This document shows positions 1-9,529 of a stretch of DNA of 64,000 nt, in pieces. Source of the stretch: an uncultured delta proteobacterium (GTDB lineage Bacteria; Desulfobacterota; Binatia; Binatales; Binataceae); contig CAWEEQ010000004.1 of the NCBI GenBank assembly GCA_963808235.1, forward strand, positions 480,001-544,000, written 5' to 3'. Position numbers and translations under genes: made by a program. The notes under the pieces were generated by a model. The model saw only the letters and a list, made by a program, of their open reading frames with translations, did no database searches and was not told the DNA's origin. How positions within the stretch are numbered: position 1 is the stretch's first letter; each line of letters opens with the position of its first letter.

Positions 1-45
1 CGCGCACGCGAACCGTGGTAAACGGGCGACAGGAGGCCTTGAGCG

Positions 46-888
46 ATGGAATTCGAGATGATCGCAAGCGGCTACGGCCTGCTGGAAGCGCCACGCGTCG
101 ACGAGCGCGATCGACTGTACTTCAGCGACATTCCCAACGGCGGAGTTTATCGGCGAAATCCCGGCGGCAACGTCGAAACTCTGATCCCCAAACGAAAGGG
201 CGTCGGCGGGATGATGTTCAACACCAGCGGCGGACTCGTGCTCACCGGACGCGGCCTGATTCATTGGGACGAGAAGACCGGCAAGAGCCGCGACCTGTTC
301 GCCGCGTGGGAAGGCAAGCCGGTCAGCATGAACGATCTCACCACCGACGATCATGGCAGCGTGTACACCGGCACGCTCAACTTCGATCCGCTCGGCGACA
401 ACAAGCCGATTCCGGGCAGCCTGTTCCGGATCGATCCGCCCGGGCGCCCGGTGAAGTTGTGGGACGGTATCGAAGTCAGCAACGGTCTCGGACTAAGTCC
501 TGATCGCAAACATCTCTATCACTCGGACTCCACGACCGGCGCGGTATGGATTTACGACGTGACCCACGAGCGCGGGGTCAAGGATCGGCGCATCTTTGCG
601 AAAATGCCGACGGGATGGCCCGACGGGCTGGCCGTCGATGCGCAGGGCGGTGTCTGGGTCGCGGCGGTGCGCGTCGGCGAGGTTGTTCATTTTTCGAAAG
701 ACGCGACGGTCAAAAAGCGGATCAAACTCCCGGCCGCGATGGTGACCAGCCTCGTGTTCGGCGGGCGCGACATGCTCGACCTCTACGTGGTGACCGCGGA
801 CAACAGCGACGACCCAACTCGCAAGGGCACGATTTTCCGCGCGCGCGCGGACGTTCCCGGGTTGCCGGTGCCAAAAGCGAATTTCTAA
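46..888 (+). CDS. SMP-30/gluconolactonase/LRE family protein
   Basis: 280 aa; EAP..LYFSDI, MND, SNGLGLSPD, GWPDGLAVDAQGGVWVA and TSLVFGG beta-propeller motifs. Confidence 0.9.
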   Translation: MEFEMIASGYGLLEAPRVDERDRLYFSDIPNGGVYRRNPGGNVETLIPKRKGVGGMMFNTSGGLVLTGRGLIHWDEKTGKSRDLFAAWEGKPVSMNDLTTDDHGSVYTGTLNFDPLGDNKPIPGSLFRIDPPGRPVKLWDGIEVSNGLGLSPDRKHLYHSDSTTGAVWIYDVTHERGVKDRRIFAKMPTGWPDGLAVDAQGGVWVAAVRVGEVVHFSKDATVKKRIKLPAAMVTSLVFGGRDMLDLYVVTADNSDDPTRKGTIFRARADVPGLPVPKANF

Positions 889-900
889 GACAGGCTATCG

Positions 901-1797
901 TCAGCGGGCAGATCCTGCGGCGGCAGGCGCTGCGATCGTCGCATCGGGCGGTTGCTCGCGCGTTCCGGCCAGCAGTGCGCCCGACGCAATTGTGAGAAGG
1001 AAAGCGCCGATTCGCATCGCGGCTGCCGCAGGATCCGCCGGCAGATGCTCCCCAAATGCGAGCATCCCGCCCACTATGGGGACCAGGTTGGAGAGTGCGC
1101 CCGAAAGCGGCATCGCGATTATTCCGCGCGCGGAATGAAACGAGTTCTGCAGCGCAATTATCCCAGCGACGTTTGCGGCGACTACGCCATACGCGTAGGG
1201 ATTCGTGACGATTCGAAACGCGAGTGCACCGGCTTCATTGCCGAGGAACTTGTCGGTCATTGCCTTGGTGAACAATCCACCGAGTCCGAACGCGATGCCG
1301 GAAAAAATCGCGGCTGCTGCGCCACTATGCTTCAACCGCTCGATTCCCATCGGCGCCAATCCCGCGGCCAGCAGCAGGGCGGACAGCATCAGCAGCGTTG
1401 CCGGTTGCAGAGCGCCTTCGGCCTGACCGGCCGGCAGCGACAACGTCAGCATCACCATCCCGAACACGATCGCGCCGATACCGATCCATTCGCGCGGGCG
1501 CGCCCGCTCGCCCAGGATCACCACTGAAGCGATGACGAACAGCGCGATCCCGCTCTGCATCATCACTGCGACGATCGAGACCGAGGTCTGCGAAACCGCG
1601 ATCACGTAGAGCACCCAACCCGCGGTTTGCACTGCGAGTCCGCCGATCCAGGTTGGATCGCGAGTCCATGCGACGACCGCCCCGATCATATTCGCGCCGG
1701 CGGCCACCGGCAGATCGTCGGAGCGGCTCTTCATCATCAACAGGCCCAGCGCGAGCAACACGCTCGACACCGTCGCGAGTGATAAGTAGAAGATCAC
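901..1797 (-). CDS. DMT/EamA-superfamily membrane protein
   Basis: 298 aa, about 9-10 hydrophobic segments, LGERARPREWIGIGAIVFG and LAFGEHLP motifs; overlaps hpnI stop by 4 nt. Confidence 0.7.
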   Translation of the reverse strand: MIFYLSLATVSSVLLALGLLMMKSRSDDLPVAAGANMIGAVVAWTRDPTWIGGLAVQTAGWVLYVIAVSQTSVSIVAVMMQSGIALFVIASVVILGERARPREWIGIGAIVFGMVMLTLSLPAGQAEGALQPATLLMLSALLLAAGLAPMGIERLKHSGAAAAIFSGIAFGLGGLFTKAMTDKFLGNEAGALAFRIVTNPYAYGVVAANVAGIIALQNSFHSARGIIAMPLSGALSNLVPIVGGMLAFGEHLPADPAAAAMRIGAFLLTIASGALLAGTREQPPDATIAAPAAAGSAR

Positions 1798-2960
1798 GCG
1801 GCGCGGCTCTTAACTTCGCGCATCGCTCCGCCCCGCATCAGCTGGAACTTGCGGCCGGCCCACGTCACCTTGTTGCCGAGCAGGCTCGCAGCCCATACGC
1901 CGGTCATCACGAGGTCCTTGATTGGAACGAGCCAAAGATCGGCGAGCAACTCGGGCATCTTGAGCACGCGTCCCACGATCATCGCCGACATCGCGAGCCG
2001 CAGCGCGATTACCAGCACGAATGCCGCGACTGCAGGAGCACTTCCGCGCAAGATCGCAAGCAATACGAGCGCCCAGAACGGTCCATGCATCAGGATTGTC
2101 GCGATACTTACCGGGCGCACCGTTCGGAAGGTGCGCGCCCACCTCAACTGATGATGCCAGAAGTCGACGAAGCGGCGTTCTTCGCAAGCGAGTGTGACCA
2201 GCGCGCTGGAGAGTTTGATCTCATAACCTAGGGTGTTGACGAGCTTTCCCATGTAGAAGTCATCGGCAAGCAAGTTCTTCACCGCGGAGAATCCGCCGAT
2301 TGCTTCCAGCGCCGCCCGCTTGATCGCTATCGTCGCGCCGAGCCCATAGTGCATCGGCTCGACCATCTCGGCGAGCAGAATTTGCGGCAGGAAGTCGGTG
2401 TTTACGTACAGCGCCTCGAAGCGTGATGCGAGCGTGCCGATCGGACGGGCACGATAGGCGCAAGTCACGATTCCGATCTTCTCATCGGCGATCAGCTCAC
2501 CGACGATACGGCGCAGGTAATCTCGGTCGACCGATACGTCGGCGTCGCTCAGGACGAAAATGTCGGCCTTGGGCGCGCGCTCGGCCATCTTGATGAGCTT
2601 GGCAATCTTGCGATTGGAGCATCCCGGTTCCTCGCCCACGACCAGGGTGATGTTCGCGAACTGGTATCGCTGCCTGAGCGCGACCGGAACTTCGGCGGCC
2701 GGATCTTCGTAATCCGAGACGCCAAAAAAATAATCGAGGCGGGAATACGCCACTTCGAGAAAGCTCACCAGGTTGGCGGCGAGCGAATTGCTCTTTCCGT
2801 GCAGCGGCTTCAGCACTGCAACGCGCGGCGGAATTTTCGGAATGGGAAGCGCCGGCCTTGATGCGCGCGCGGCGAATCTAATCGTCGCCAGCGTCGCGGC
2901 CGCATAGTAGAAGAGCGAAATGGCAATCGCAACAGCGGGCAGAAGGACATAGATTGTCAT
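1794..2960 (-). CDS. hpnI: Hopanoid-associated GT2 glycosyltransferase HpnI (ceramide glucosyltransferase-like)
   Basis: LKPLHG, NRKIAKL, SDADV, LADDFYMG and HQLRWART motifs; directly downstream of hpnJ. Confidence 0.85.
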   Translation of the reverse strand: MTIYVLLPAVAIAISLFYYAAATLATIRFAARASRPALPIPKIPPRVAVLKPLHGKSNSLAANLVSFLEVAYSRLDYFFGVSDYEDPAAEVPVALRQRYQFANITLVVGEEPGCSNRKIAKLIKMAERAPKADIFVLSDADVSVDRDYLRRIVGELIADEKIGIVTCAYRARPIGTLASRFEALYVNTDFLPQILLAEMVEPMHYGLGATIAIKRAALEAIGGFSAVKNLLADDFYMGKLVNTLGYEIKLSSALVTLACEERRFVDFWHHQLRWARTFRTVRPVSIATILMHGPFWALVLLAILRGSAPAVAAFVLVIALRLAMSAMIVGRVLKMPELLADLWLVPIKDLVMTGVWAASLLGNKVTWAGRKFQLMRGGAMREVKSRAA

Positions 2961-3049
2961 CGCATGACTCGCGTGCCCAGCCGACCTGGCGCGAGGCTCC
3001 CCTTCATCGCTAACGAGCCGACAAGATTAGTCTCGGCCAGTTCTCGTCG

Positions 3050-4507
3050 TCAGGCTGATGCCTGCTCCGCCGCCTGCGCCGTCTGATGCCGACGCTGGCG
3101 CATCGTCGAAAGGAACTGTCTACCTTCGTTCAGCATCCGCTTGGTCTCTTCCATCGAGGTCAGCATTTTCTTGACCGATTTAAAAATGTAACGCGGACGG
3201 AAGTAGAAGCTGCGATAGAAACGCTCGACGGCGCCGTAAATTTCGTCGTTGCTCAGCCCGGGATAGGTGATCGTGCATTTCTGATAGCCCGACTCGTCGA
3301 GCAACGGATCGACCGCCAGGAATCCATTCTTGGTTACGTAGTCAAACAGCTCGGTGCCCGGGTACGGTGACGCGAGTGAGACCTGGATCGTTTCGCAATC
3401 CATCTCGCGCGCGAACCGAATCGATTCCTCGATCGTTTCCTTGTTTTCGCCCGGCAACCCGAGGATGAAGGTGCCGTGAATCAGGATTCCGAGTTCATGG
3501 CAGTCCTTGGTGAAGCGCCGCGCCCGATCGATTCCGACTCCCTTCTTGATATTCTTCAAAATCTGCGCGTTGCCCGATTCGTAGCCGACCACGAACAGCC
3601 GGAGCCCGCCGTCCTTCATGATCTTCAACGTTTCGTAGTCCACGTTGGCGCGCGAGTTGGTGGACCAGGTCACTCCGAGCGGCTTCAGCAGTTGCGCGAT
3701 TTTGCGCGCGCGCGCCGGGTCGGCGGTGAAAGTATCGTCGTCGAAGAACAGTTCCTTCATCTTGGGGAACTTCGACTTCATCGCCGCGACTTCTTCGTAC
3801 ACATTTTCCGGGCTGCGGACGCGATAGCGATGACCCTGCGTGACCTGCGGCCACAGGCAGAACGTGCAGCGCGCCGGGCATCCGCGTCCCGTGTACATCG
3901 ACACGTACGGATACTGGCAGTAGGGGCTGTTGTACTTCAGGTAGTCGAGATTTTTCTCGTAAACCTCGGTCACGAACGGAAGCTTGTCGAGTTCTTCGTC
4001 GGTGAGCGCGGGACGATCGGGATTGTGATGCAGCTCGCCATTTTTCTGATAGCTGATTCCGCCGATCGTGCTCCACTCGCGTCCTTCGGCAACTTCGAGC
4101 ATCGAGTAGTCGAATTCCTTGCGCGCCGCGATATCGATCGCCGGCGAAAGTTTTAGCGTTTCGTCCGGACGCGCCGTCGGATGACCCCCGACCATCGCGA
4201 TGATCGCGTTCGGGTTCGCGGCCTTGATTGCTTCCGCCGTGCGCGCATCCATCCGCAGCGACGGGGTCGAGGTATGAATCACGACCAGGTCGTAATTCTT
4301 TGCCTCGTTAATCGTCATCTCGACGGTGTAGTTATGCGGCGGCGCGTCGAGCAGTCGCGCGCCCGGAATCATCCCCGCCGGGTAGGCGAGCCAGGTCGGA
4401 TACCAAAACGACCAGACCTCGCGCGTCGCCTGATATCGTGAGCCGGCGCCACCGTCGAAGTCGTCGTAAGAGGGAGGGTTCAGGAAAAGCGTCTTCATCA
4501 CGTCCAT
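3050..4507 (-). CDS. hpnJ: Hopanoid biosynthesis-associated radical SAM protein HpnJ
   Basis: MKTLFLNPPSYDDFDGGAGSRYQATRE N-terminus typical of HpnJ; CPARCTFC radical SAM motif; FFDDDTF. Confidence 0.92.
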   Translation of the reverse strand: MDVMKTLFLNPPSYDDFDGGAGSRYQATREVWSFWYPTWLAYPAGMIPGARLLDAPPHNYTVEMTINEAKNYDLVVIHTSTPSLRMDARTAEAIKAANPNAIIAMVGGHPTARPDETLKLSPAIDIAARKEFDYSMLEVAEGREWSTIGGISYQKNGELHHNPDRPALTDEELDKLPFVTEVYEKNLDYLKYNSPYCQYPYVSMYTGRGCPARCTFCLWPQVTQGHRYRVRSPENVYEEVAAMKSKFPKMKELFFDDDTFTADPARARKIAQLLKPLGVTWSTNSRANVDYETLKIMKDGGLRLFVVGYESGNAQILKNIKKGVGIDRARRFTKDCHELGILIHGTFILGLPGENKETIEESIRFAREMDCETIQVSLASPYPGTELFDYVTKNGFLAVDPLLDESGYQKCTITYPGLSNDEIYGAVERFYRSFYFRPRYIFKSVKKMLTSMEETKRMLNEGRQFLSTMRQRRHQTAQAAEQASA

Positions 4508-4702
4508 AGGTAGAGGATACTCCAGGGCCTGTCCGCTTGGTTAGTCTCGGGAACTATACAAATCATGGCCGGCGAAGGCAAGGTTTTGAAAAAAACTTAT
4601 CCCCTTTCGGTCGATCATTTTCGATAAACGACGATGAAGCTAGCCCGTTATTAGGTTTTTTGCATGGCACAAGTGATGCGTTCTAATGCAGAGGCTAGGA
4701 AC

Positions 4703-5017
4703 ATGACTAAAAAGTTACTTTTGGCCGCCGGATCTTTGCTGCTCTTGTCGGGGACCATCGCGCTTCAGGGTTGCTACGATTCAGGTCCCGACTACGGTTA
4801 CGGATCGGGGTACTACGCGGGCTCAGGATATTATAGCCAACCGGTCTACGTTGGCGACTACGACGAGCATCACAGTTGGCATGATCGCGATTGGTGGGTG
4901 AACAATCATCGCGACTGGGTCCAGGATCATCACAAGGATTGGATCAGTCACAACGAGCAGCACGAGGATCATCAAGAGGCTCGGCGGTCCAGCGATCATG
5001 ACCACGACCGGAATTAG
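4703..5017 (+). CDS. Small lipoprotein with Gly/Tyr-rich linker and His/Trp/Asp-rich repeats
   Basis: AGGA RBS before ATG 4703; signal peptide ending in lipobox LQGC; 8-aa periodic (H/D)-x-D-W repeats. Confidence 0.75.
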   Translation: MTKKLLLAAGSLLLLSGTIALQGCYDSGPDYGYGSGYYAGSGYYSQPVYVGDYDEHHSWHDRDWWVNNHRDWVQDHHKDWISHNEQHEDHQEARRSSDHDHDRN

Positions 5018-5064
5018 CGAAAAGGTCACTCGCCGCATCTGGCGATGTCCGAGGCCACGCGAAC

Positions 5065-8000
5065 TTACGCGTTTAGTTGATCGAGCAGTGCCTTTGCGTC
5101 TTTGAGGTCGGCGGTTTCGAAGCCCTCTGTGAACCAGTTGTAGATATCGGCGAGCATCGCGCGAGCGTCATCGCGATTGCCCTGCGTGGCGAGCAGCCGT
5201 GCGAGGCTGGTAGTCGCGCGGAGTTCCCACGACTTCGCTTCCTGCTTCTTTGCAATATCGATCGCATTGCGGAAGCAATCTTCAGCGGTGCCTCGCTCTG
5301 TATTTCCCCGCATCAGCAGAAATTCTCCGCGGAGGCGATTCAACTCGGCTTCGTAGTAACGCTCCTCGGTCTGCGTGAACGGCAATACCTCGTCAACTGC
5401 ACTTAGAGCCTCATCGATTTGGCCTACCGCCGCGCATGCTTCTGCCAGCATCGCTCCGAACACCGAACGGTTTATGCCGAAGCGGGTCGCAGCCACCGTT
5501 GCCATCGCGTCGCGTATAATCGCTATCCCTTCGAGCTTCCCTTCCTTGGCCAGCAACCAGCCGCAAGCGACGTCTGCTCGGGCCAGCTGGATTTGTAAGT
5601 CTGCCGCCCAAGGGGCTTGCAACAGCGTTTGCGCGTTTTCTCGAACCTGCTCAAGATTGCCGCACCAGATGTCGATTTCGTTTGGCTGAAGCCCGAAGGC
5701 GTTCGCCACCGGATTGGAGCTCCGCTGACCCCTGATTTCGGCCTCGCGCATCTGCTTTAGCGCTTGGTCCGGGAAGCCAAGCAGCCAAAGCGTGCGACCG
5801 AGGTTCATCGGTAGGAGAACCTGAGGGATTTGCAGATCGGGAACGTCCGGAAGTGGATGGAACAGCTCGATCGATTCCTCAAGCATCTGCCTTGCTTGAG
5901 TCAGCTCCCCTAGCGTACCCAGGTTGATTGCTAAAGCGTACTGGAAAATCGCAAGCTGGATTGGATCATTGATCCTGCGGGCTATGTCCAGGGCCTCTCG
6001 TGCCACTACGACCGATTTGCGCGTAGCGCCCCTCGTCGCATGCACGAGTCTGATCCCGGACAATGCTCGTAGCAGGTCGGTACTCTCGCCGTCGCGAACG
6101 CAAAGCTCATAGGCTCGCGAAAAGGCCGCCTCGGCCTGATCGGAGGACGGGCCTTTCACAGTGATGGAGGCGGTGCCCAAAGTCAGCTGCATCTGCAATT
6201 CCTGCGCGTCGCGAGCGGGACTGTCGGGCAAAGTCTTGAGCAGTTCCAAGCCCGCCGTCAGATGCGCAAACGCTTCGGCGAAGGCCGACCGATTTAGTGC
6301 CTGTTCGCCGGCCAACCCCATGTATTGCACCGCCTTGGCGGCGTCGCCCGCACGCCCATAATGATGGGCCAGCTCGGTGTAGCGGTCTTCCAGCCGTTCG
6401 GCGTAGAGAGATTCGATCGCCGCGGCGGTGCGTCGATGCAGCTCCTTGCGGCGCTCGTTCAGCACCGAGCCAAACGCGACCTCCTGGGTCAGCGCGTGCT
6501 TGAAAGAGTACTCGATATCGCCCACAGCGGGCTGCTCATAGATGAACTCGCCGAGCTGCAAGTCATTGAGCATGCGGCTTAGTTCGTCGTCGGATTTCGG
6601 GACGACCGCACGAATCAACGAGAGCGAAAACTCCCTACCGATGACGGCCAGCGCTTGCAGCTCGTCCTTGGACTCCGCGGATAGCCGGTCGATGCGCGCG
6701 GCGAGAATCCCCTGCACGGTAGGAGGAATCTTAAGCTCGCCCAGCGGCCGGGTGAGCCGCATCATGGCGCCGTCGCGGACCAACGAACCCTCGTCGAGCA
6801 GGACCTGCACCGTCTCTTCCATAAAAAATGGGTTGCCCTCGGTGCGCTCGATGATCACGCGCTTGAGTTGCGCCATCCCCGCGCCGTCGCCGAGCAGCGC
6901 CGACAGCATCTCGTCGGCGCTCTCCTTGCCGAGCGGGTCGAGCCGAAGCTGCGTATAGATAGTCTTGCTGTTCCACTGATGAGAATATTCCGGGCGATAG
7001 TTCACCAGCAGCAGGATCTTCGCATTGGCGATCGAGTCGGCGAGCAGATTCAGCAGCGCCTGCGTCTCCTCGTCGATCCAATGCAGGTCCTCGAAGATCA
7101 CCATCAGCGGCTGATTGAGCGATTCGCGCAGCAGGATGCGCTTGATCGCATCGAGCGTGCGCCGCTTGCGGACCTGCGCGTCCATCTGCGCCAACGGATC
7201 GTCGCCCTCGACGATTCCGAGCAGCGCGAACAGATACGGCAGGGTGTCCTCCTGCGCGCGGTCGAGCATCAGCACCTTGCCGCCGATCTTCTCGCGCCGC
7301 GCACGGGCGTCGTCATCAATGGTGATTTTGAAATAGCCGTGCAGCAGGTCGAGCACCGGCAGGAACGCTGATGCCTTGCCATGCGAGACCGAAAATGTTT
7401 CGAGCACCATCCAGCCCGATTGATTTTTGACCTTGAACTCGTAAAACAGCCGCGACTTGCCGGTGCCCGCTTCCGCCATCGCGGCGACGATCTGTCCGCG
7501 ACTGGCCTGCGCGCGCTCGGCCGCGGTCTTCATCGCATCCATCTCGCGCTCGCGCCCGACGAACTTGGTAAGGCCGCGCCCTGCCGATCGCTGCAGCCGC
7601 GTGCGCAGCGGTCCGAGCCCCGTCACCTCGTACACGTTGACCGGTTCGCTGACCCCTTTCACCCTGGTCGGTCCCAGCGGCTTGAGCGCGAAGTAGCCCT
7701 CAACCAGCCTGCGCGTCTGCTCACTGACGGCGATCGATCCAGTCGGCGCGAGTGCCTGCATCCGCGAGGCGAGATTGGTCGTGTGACCGATCGGCGTGTA
7801 TTCGGTATGTCCTTCGCCGGTCGTGATCGAACGAATCACAACCTCGCCCGTGTTCACACCGACGCGTGCTTCAAGCGGCAGATTGCCTGCCTCGCGGAGC
7901 CGCGCCGAGTAGCGTTTCAGGTCCTCCTGCATGCGCAGTGCGGCGTAGAGCGCGCGTTGCGGATGGTCCTCGTGGGCGACCGGGGCGCCGAACAGCGCGA

Positions 8001-8412
8001 AGATGCCGTCGCCGGTGCTCTGCACGATGTACCCGTCGTAGCGGCGGACCGCATCGATCATCAGCTTCAGCGCAGGATCGATGATCGCGCGCGCCTCCTC
8101 GGGGTCGAGATCCTCCTCGAGTTCCGTCGCCCCCTTGATATCCGCGAACAGTGCGGTGACCGTCTTGCGCTCCCCTTCGAGCGCTTCCGGTGAACTACTG
8201 TCGGGCGCGACTCGCACTCCTGATTCTGGCGACGAGGTTGCGGCCGTGGTGCCCGCACTATTGGCGAGTGAAGTGCCGCACTTGCCGCAGAAGTCGGAGG
8301 TCGGCGGGTTTTCCGCCCTGCATTTTGCGCAATGTTTTGCGAGCGGAGTCCCGCACTTCGCGCAGAAGTTATTGGTTGCGGGATTATTCGTCCCGCATTT
8401 CGAGCAGTTCAC
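5065..8412 (-). CDS. Double zinc ribbon + class III nucleotide cyclase + AAA/STAND ATPase + TPR protein
   Basis: Four CxxC pairs at N-terminus; ERKTVTALFADIKG, TGDGIFALFGAP, TNLASRMQ; FVGRERE, EAGTGKSRL, FEDLHWID; C-terminal AKSWELRATTSLARL..WFTEGFETADL. Confidence 0.92.
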   Translation of the reverse strand: MNCSKCGTNNPATNNFCAKCGTPLAKHCAKCRAENPPTSDFCGKCGTSLANSAGTTAATSSPESGVRVAPDSSSPEALEGERKTVTALFADIKGATELEEDLDPEEARAIIDPALKLMIDAVRRYDGYIVQSTGDGIFALFGAPVAHEDHPQRALYAALRMQEDLKRYSARLREAGNLPLEARVGVNTGEVVIRSITTGEGHTEYTPIGHTTNLASRMQALAPTGSIAVSEQTRRLVEGYFALKPLGPTRVKGVSEPVNVYEVTGLGPLRTRLQRSAGRGLTKFVGREREMDAMKTAAERAQASRGQIVAAMAEAGTGKSRLFYEFKVKNQSGWMVLETFSVSHGKASAFLPVLDLLHGYFKITIDDDARARREKIGGKVLMLDRAQEDTLPYLFALLGIVEGDDPLAQMDAQVRKRRTLDAIKRILLRESLNQPLMVIFEDLHWIDEETQALLNLLADSIANAKILLLVNYRPEYSHQWNSKTIYTQLRLDPLGKESADEMLSALLGDGAGMAQLKRVIIERTEGNPFFMEETVQVLLDEGSLVRDGAMMRLTRPLGELKIPPTVQGILAARIDRLSAESKDELQALAVIGREFSLSLIRAVVPKSDDELSRMLNDLQLGEFIYEQPAVGDIEYSFKHALTQEVAFGSVLNERRKELHRRTAAAIESLYAERLEDRYTELAHHYGRAGDAAKAVQYMGLAGEQALNRSAFAEAFAHLTAGLELLKTLPDSPARDAQELQMQLTLGTASITVKGPSSDQAEAAFSRAYELCVRDGESTDLLRALSGIRLVHATRGATRKSVVVAREALDIARRINDPIQLAIFQYALAINLGTLGELTQARQMLEESIELFHPLPDVPDLQIPQVLLPMNLGRTLWLLGFPDQALKQMREAEIRGQRSSNPVANAFGLQPNEIDIWCGNLEQVRENAQTLLQAPWAADLQIQLARADVACGWLLAKEGKLEGIAIIRDAMATVAATRFGINRSVFGAMLAEACAAVGQIDEALSAVDEVLPFTQTEERYYEAELNRLRGEFLLMRGNTERGTAEDCFRNAIDIAKKQEAKSWELRATTSLARLLATQGNRDDARAMLADIYNWFTEGFETADLKDAKALLDQLNA

Positions 8413-8428
8413 TTACGCTTCTCCGGAA

Positions 8429-9529
8429 TCAGAAGGCCGAGCGCTTTTGTACCATCCGATGTGGCGCTACAGGCCAGCAGGATCGCTTGCCGCGCTGGTG
8501 GATGCGGATCGGGGCGGGGGTCGTCACGAATGCGATCGAGCCGGTCAGGCCACTTACCACCATCACCGCAAACCACAGCAATCCAAGTGCGATTGCGTCG
8601 TCTCTGCCCATTCCCGCCATTCCGAACAGTACCAGGTACGCCGACTCGCGCAGCCCAAGTCCATTGAGTGTGAGCGGCAGGCTCGCGAACACATTCGCAA
8701 TCGGAACGCACAGGATAAAGAGCGTGAGCGGGGCGCCAAGGCCGAGCCCCGCCGCGACCAGATATTGCGCGACCGCGAGGGTTATCTGCAGCGCAACTGA
8801 AAGCGCAATCGGCGCCAGCAGCGCCGTTGGATGATGAAGATATGGTGCGACGATTCCTCCCGCGCGACGAATCGGACGGGGCATCAGATGGATCAGGCGC
8901 GCGAGCAGCGGCGACGCGAGATAAGCGCCGAGAGCCAGCGCGCCAACTAGAATCGTAGGCGTGACTACGGACGGCGGCAGCGGTGCATAGTTCAGGAAAA
9001 TCGCCGAGAACGCTGCAAGCCAGAACAATCCGAGCAGTCCGACCAAGCGATCCGCGACGACTGAGGCAATCGACTCTCCCATGCGATTGCGTGGCCTGCC
9101 CAAATAGATAGATCGCGCCGCATCGCCGGCCAGCAATCCGGGCACGAACAGGTTGGTGAACATCCCGAGGAAGGTGTATGCGACAAAATCGGAGAAGCTC
9201 GCGTGTACTTTCAGGATTGCGGCCAGTAGTTTCCATCGATACGAAGACATCACCTGGCCGGCGAGATACAGCGCGACCGCGGATGCGAAATACGGGGGAC
9301 GCTCGCGGGCGAAGATTCGAAACACGGGACGCGCATCGAAACGCCACAGCAGCATGGCCACGACCGCCACCCCAAGGCCCGCTCGGATCGCAAACGCGCG
9401 GTACGGATGGGCCGGCGGTTTTGACGCGGGCGCGGGCGACGGAGTCACGGGTTCAGTTAGTGGTGATTGGCTCACGGTTGGAGATCCGTTCACGGCGAAT
9501 GATCGCGCGCTTTTTCCCTTCGATTGCAA
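8429..9529 (-). CDS. Lysylphosphatidylglycerol synthase TM-domain (flippase-like) membrane protein; true start probably GTG near 9475 or 9448
   Basis: SSYRWKLL, FTNLFVPGLLAGDAAR, SVVADRLVG and LPLTLNGLGLRE motifs. Confidence 0.8.
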   Translation of the reverse strand: MQSKGKSARSFAVNGSPTVSQSPLTEPVTPSPAPASKPPAHPYRAFAIRAGLGVAVVAMLLWRFDARPVFRIFARERPPYFASAVALYLAGQVMSSYRWKLLAAILKVHASFSDFVAYTFLGMFTNLFVPGLLAGDAARSIYLGRPRNRMGESIASVVADRLVGLLGLFWLAAFSAIFLNYAPLPPSVVTPTILVGALALGAYLASPLLARLIHLMPRPIRRAGGIVAPYLHHPTALLAPIALSVALQITLAVAQYLVAAGLGLGAPLTLFILCVPIANVFASLPLTLNGLGLRESAYLVLFGMAGMGRDDAIALGLLWFAVMVVSGLTGSIAFVTTPAPIRIHQRGKRSCWPVAPHRMVQKRSAF

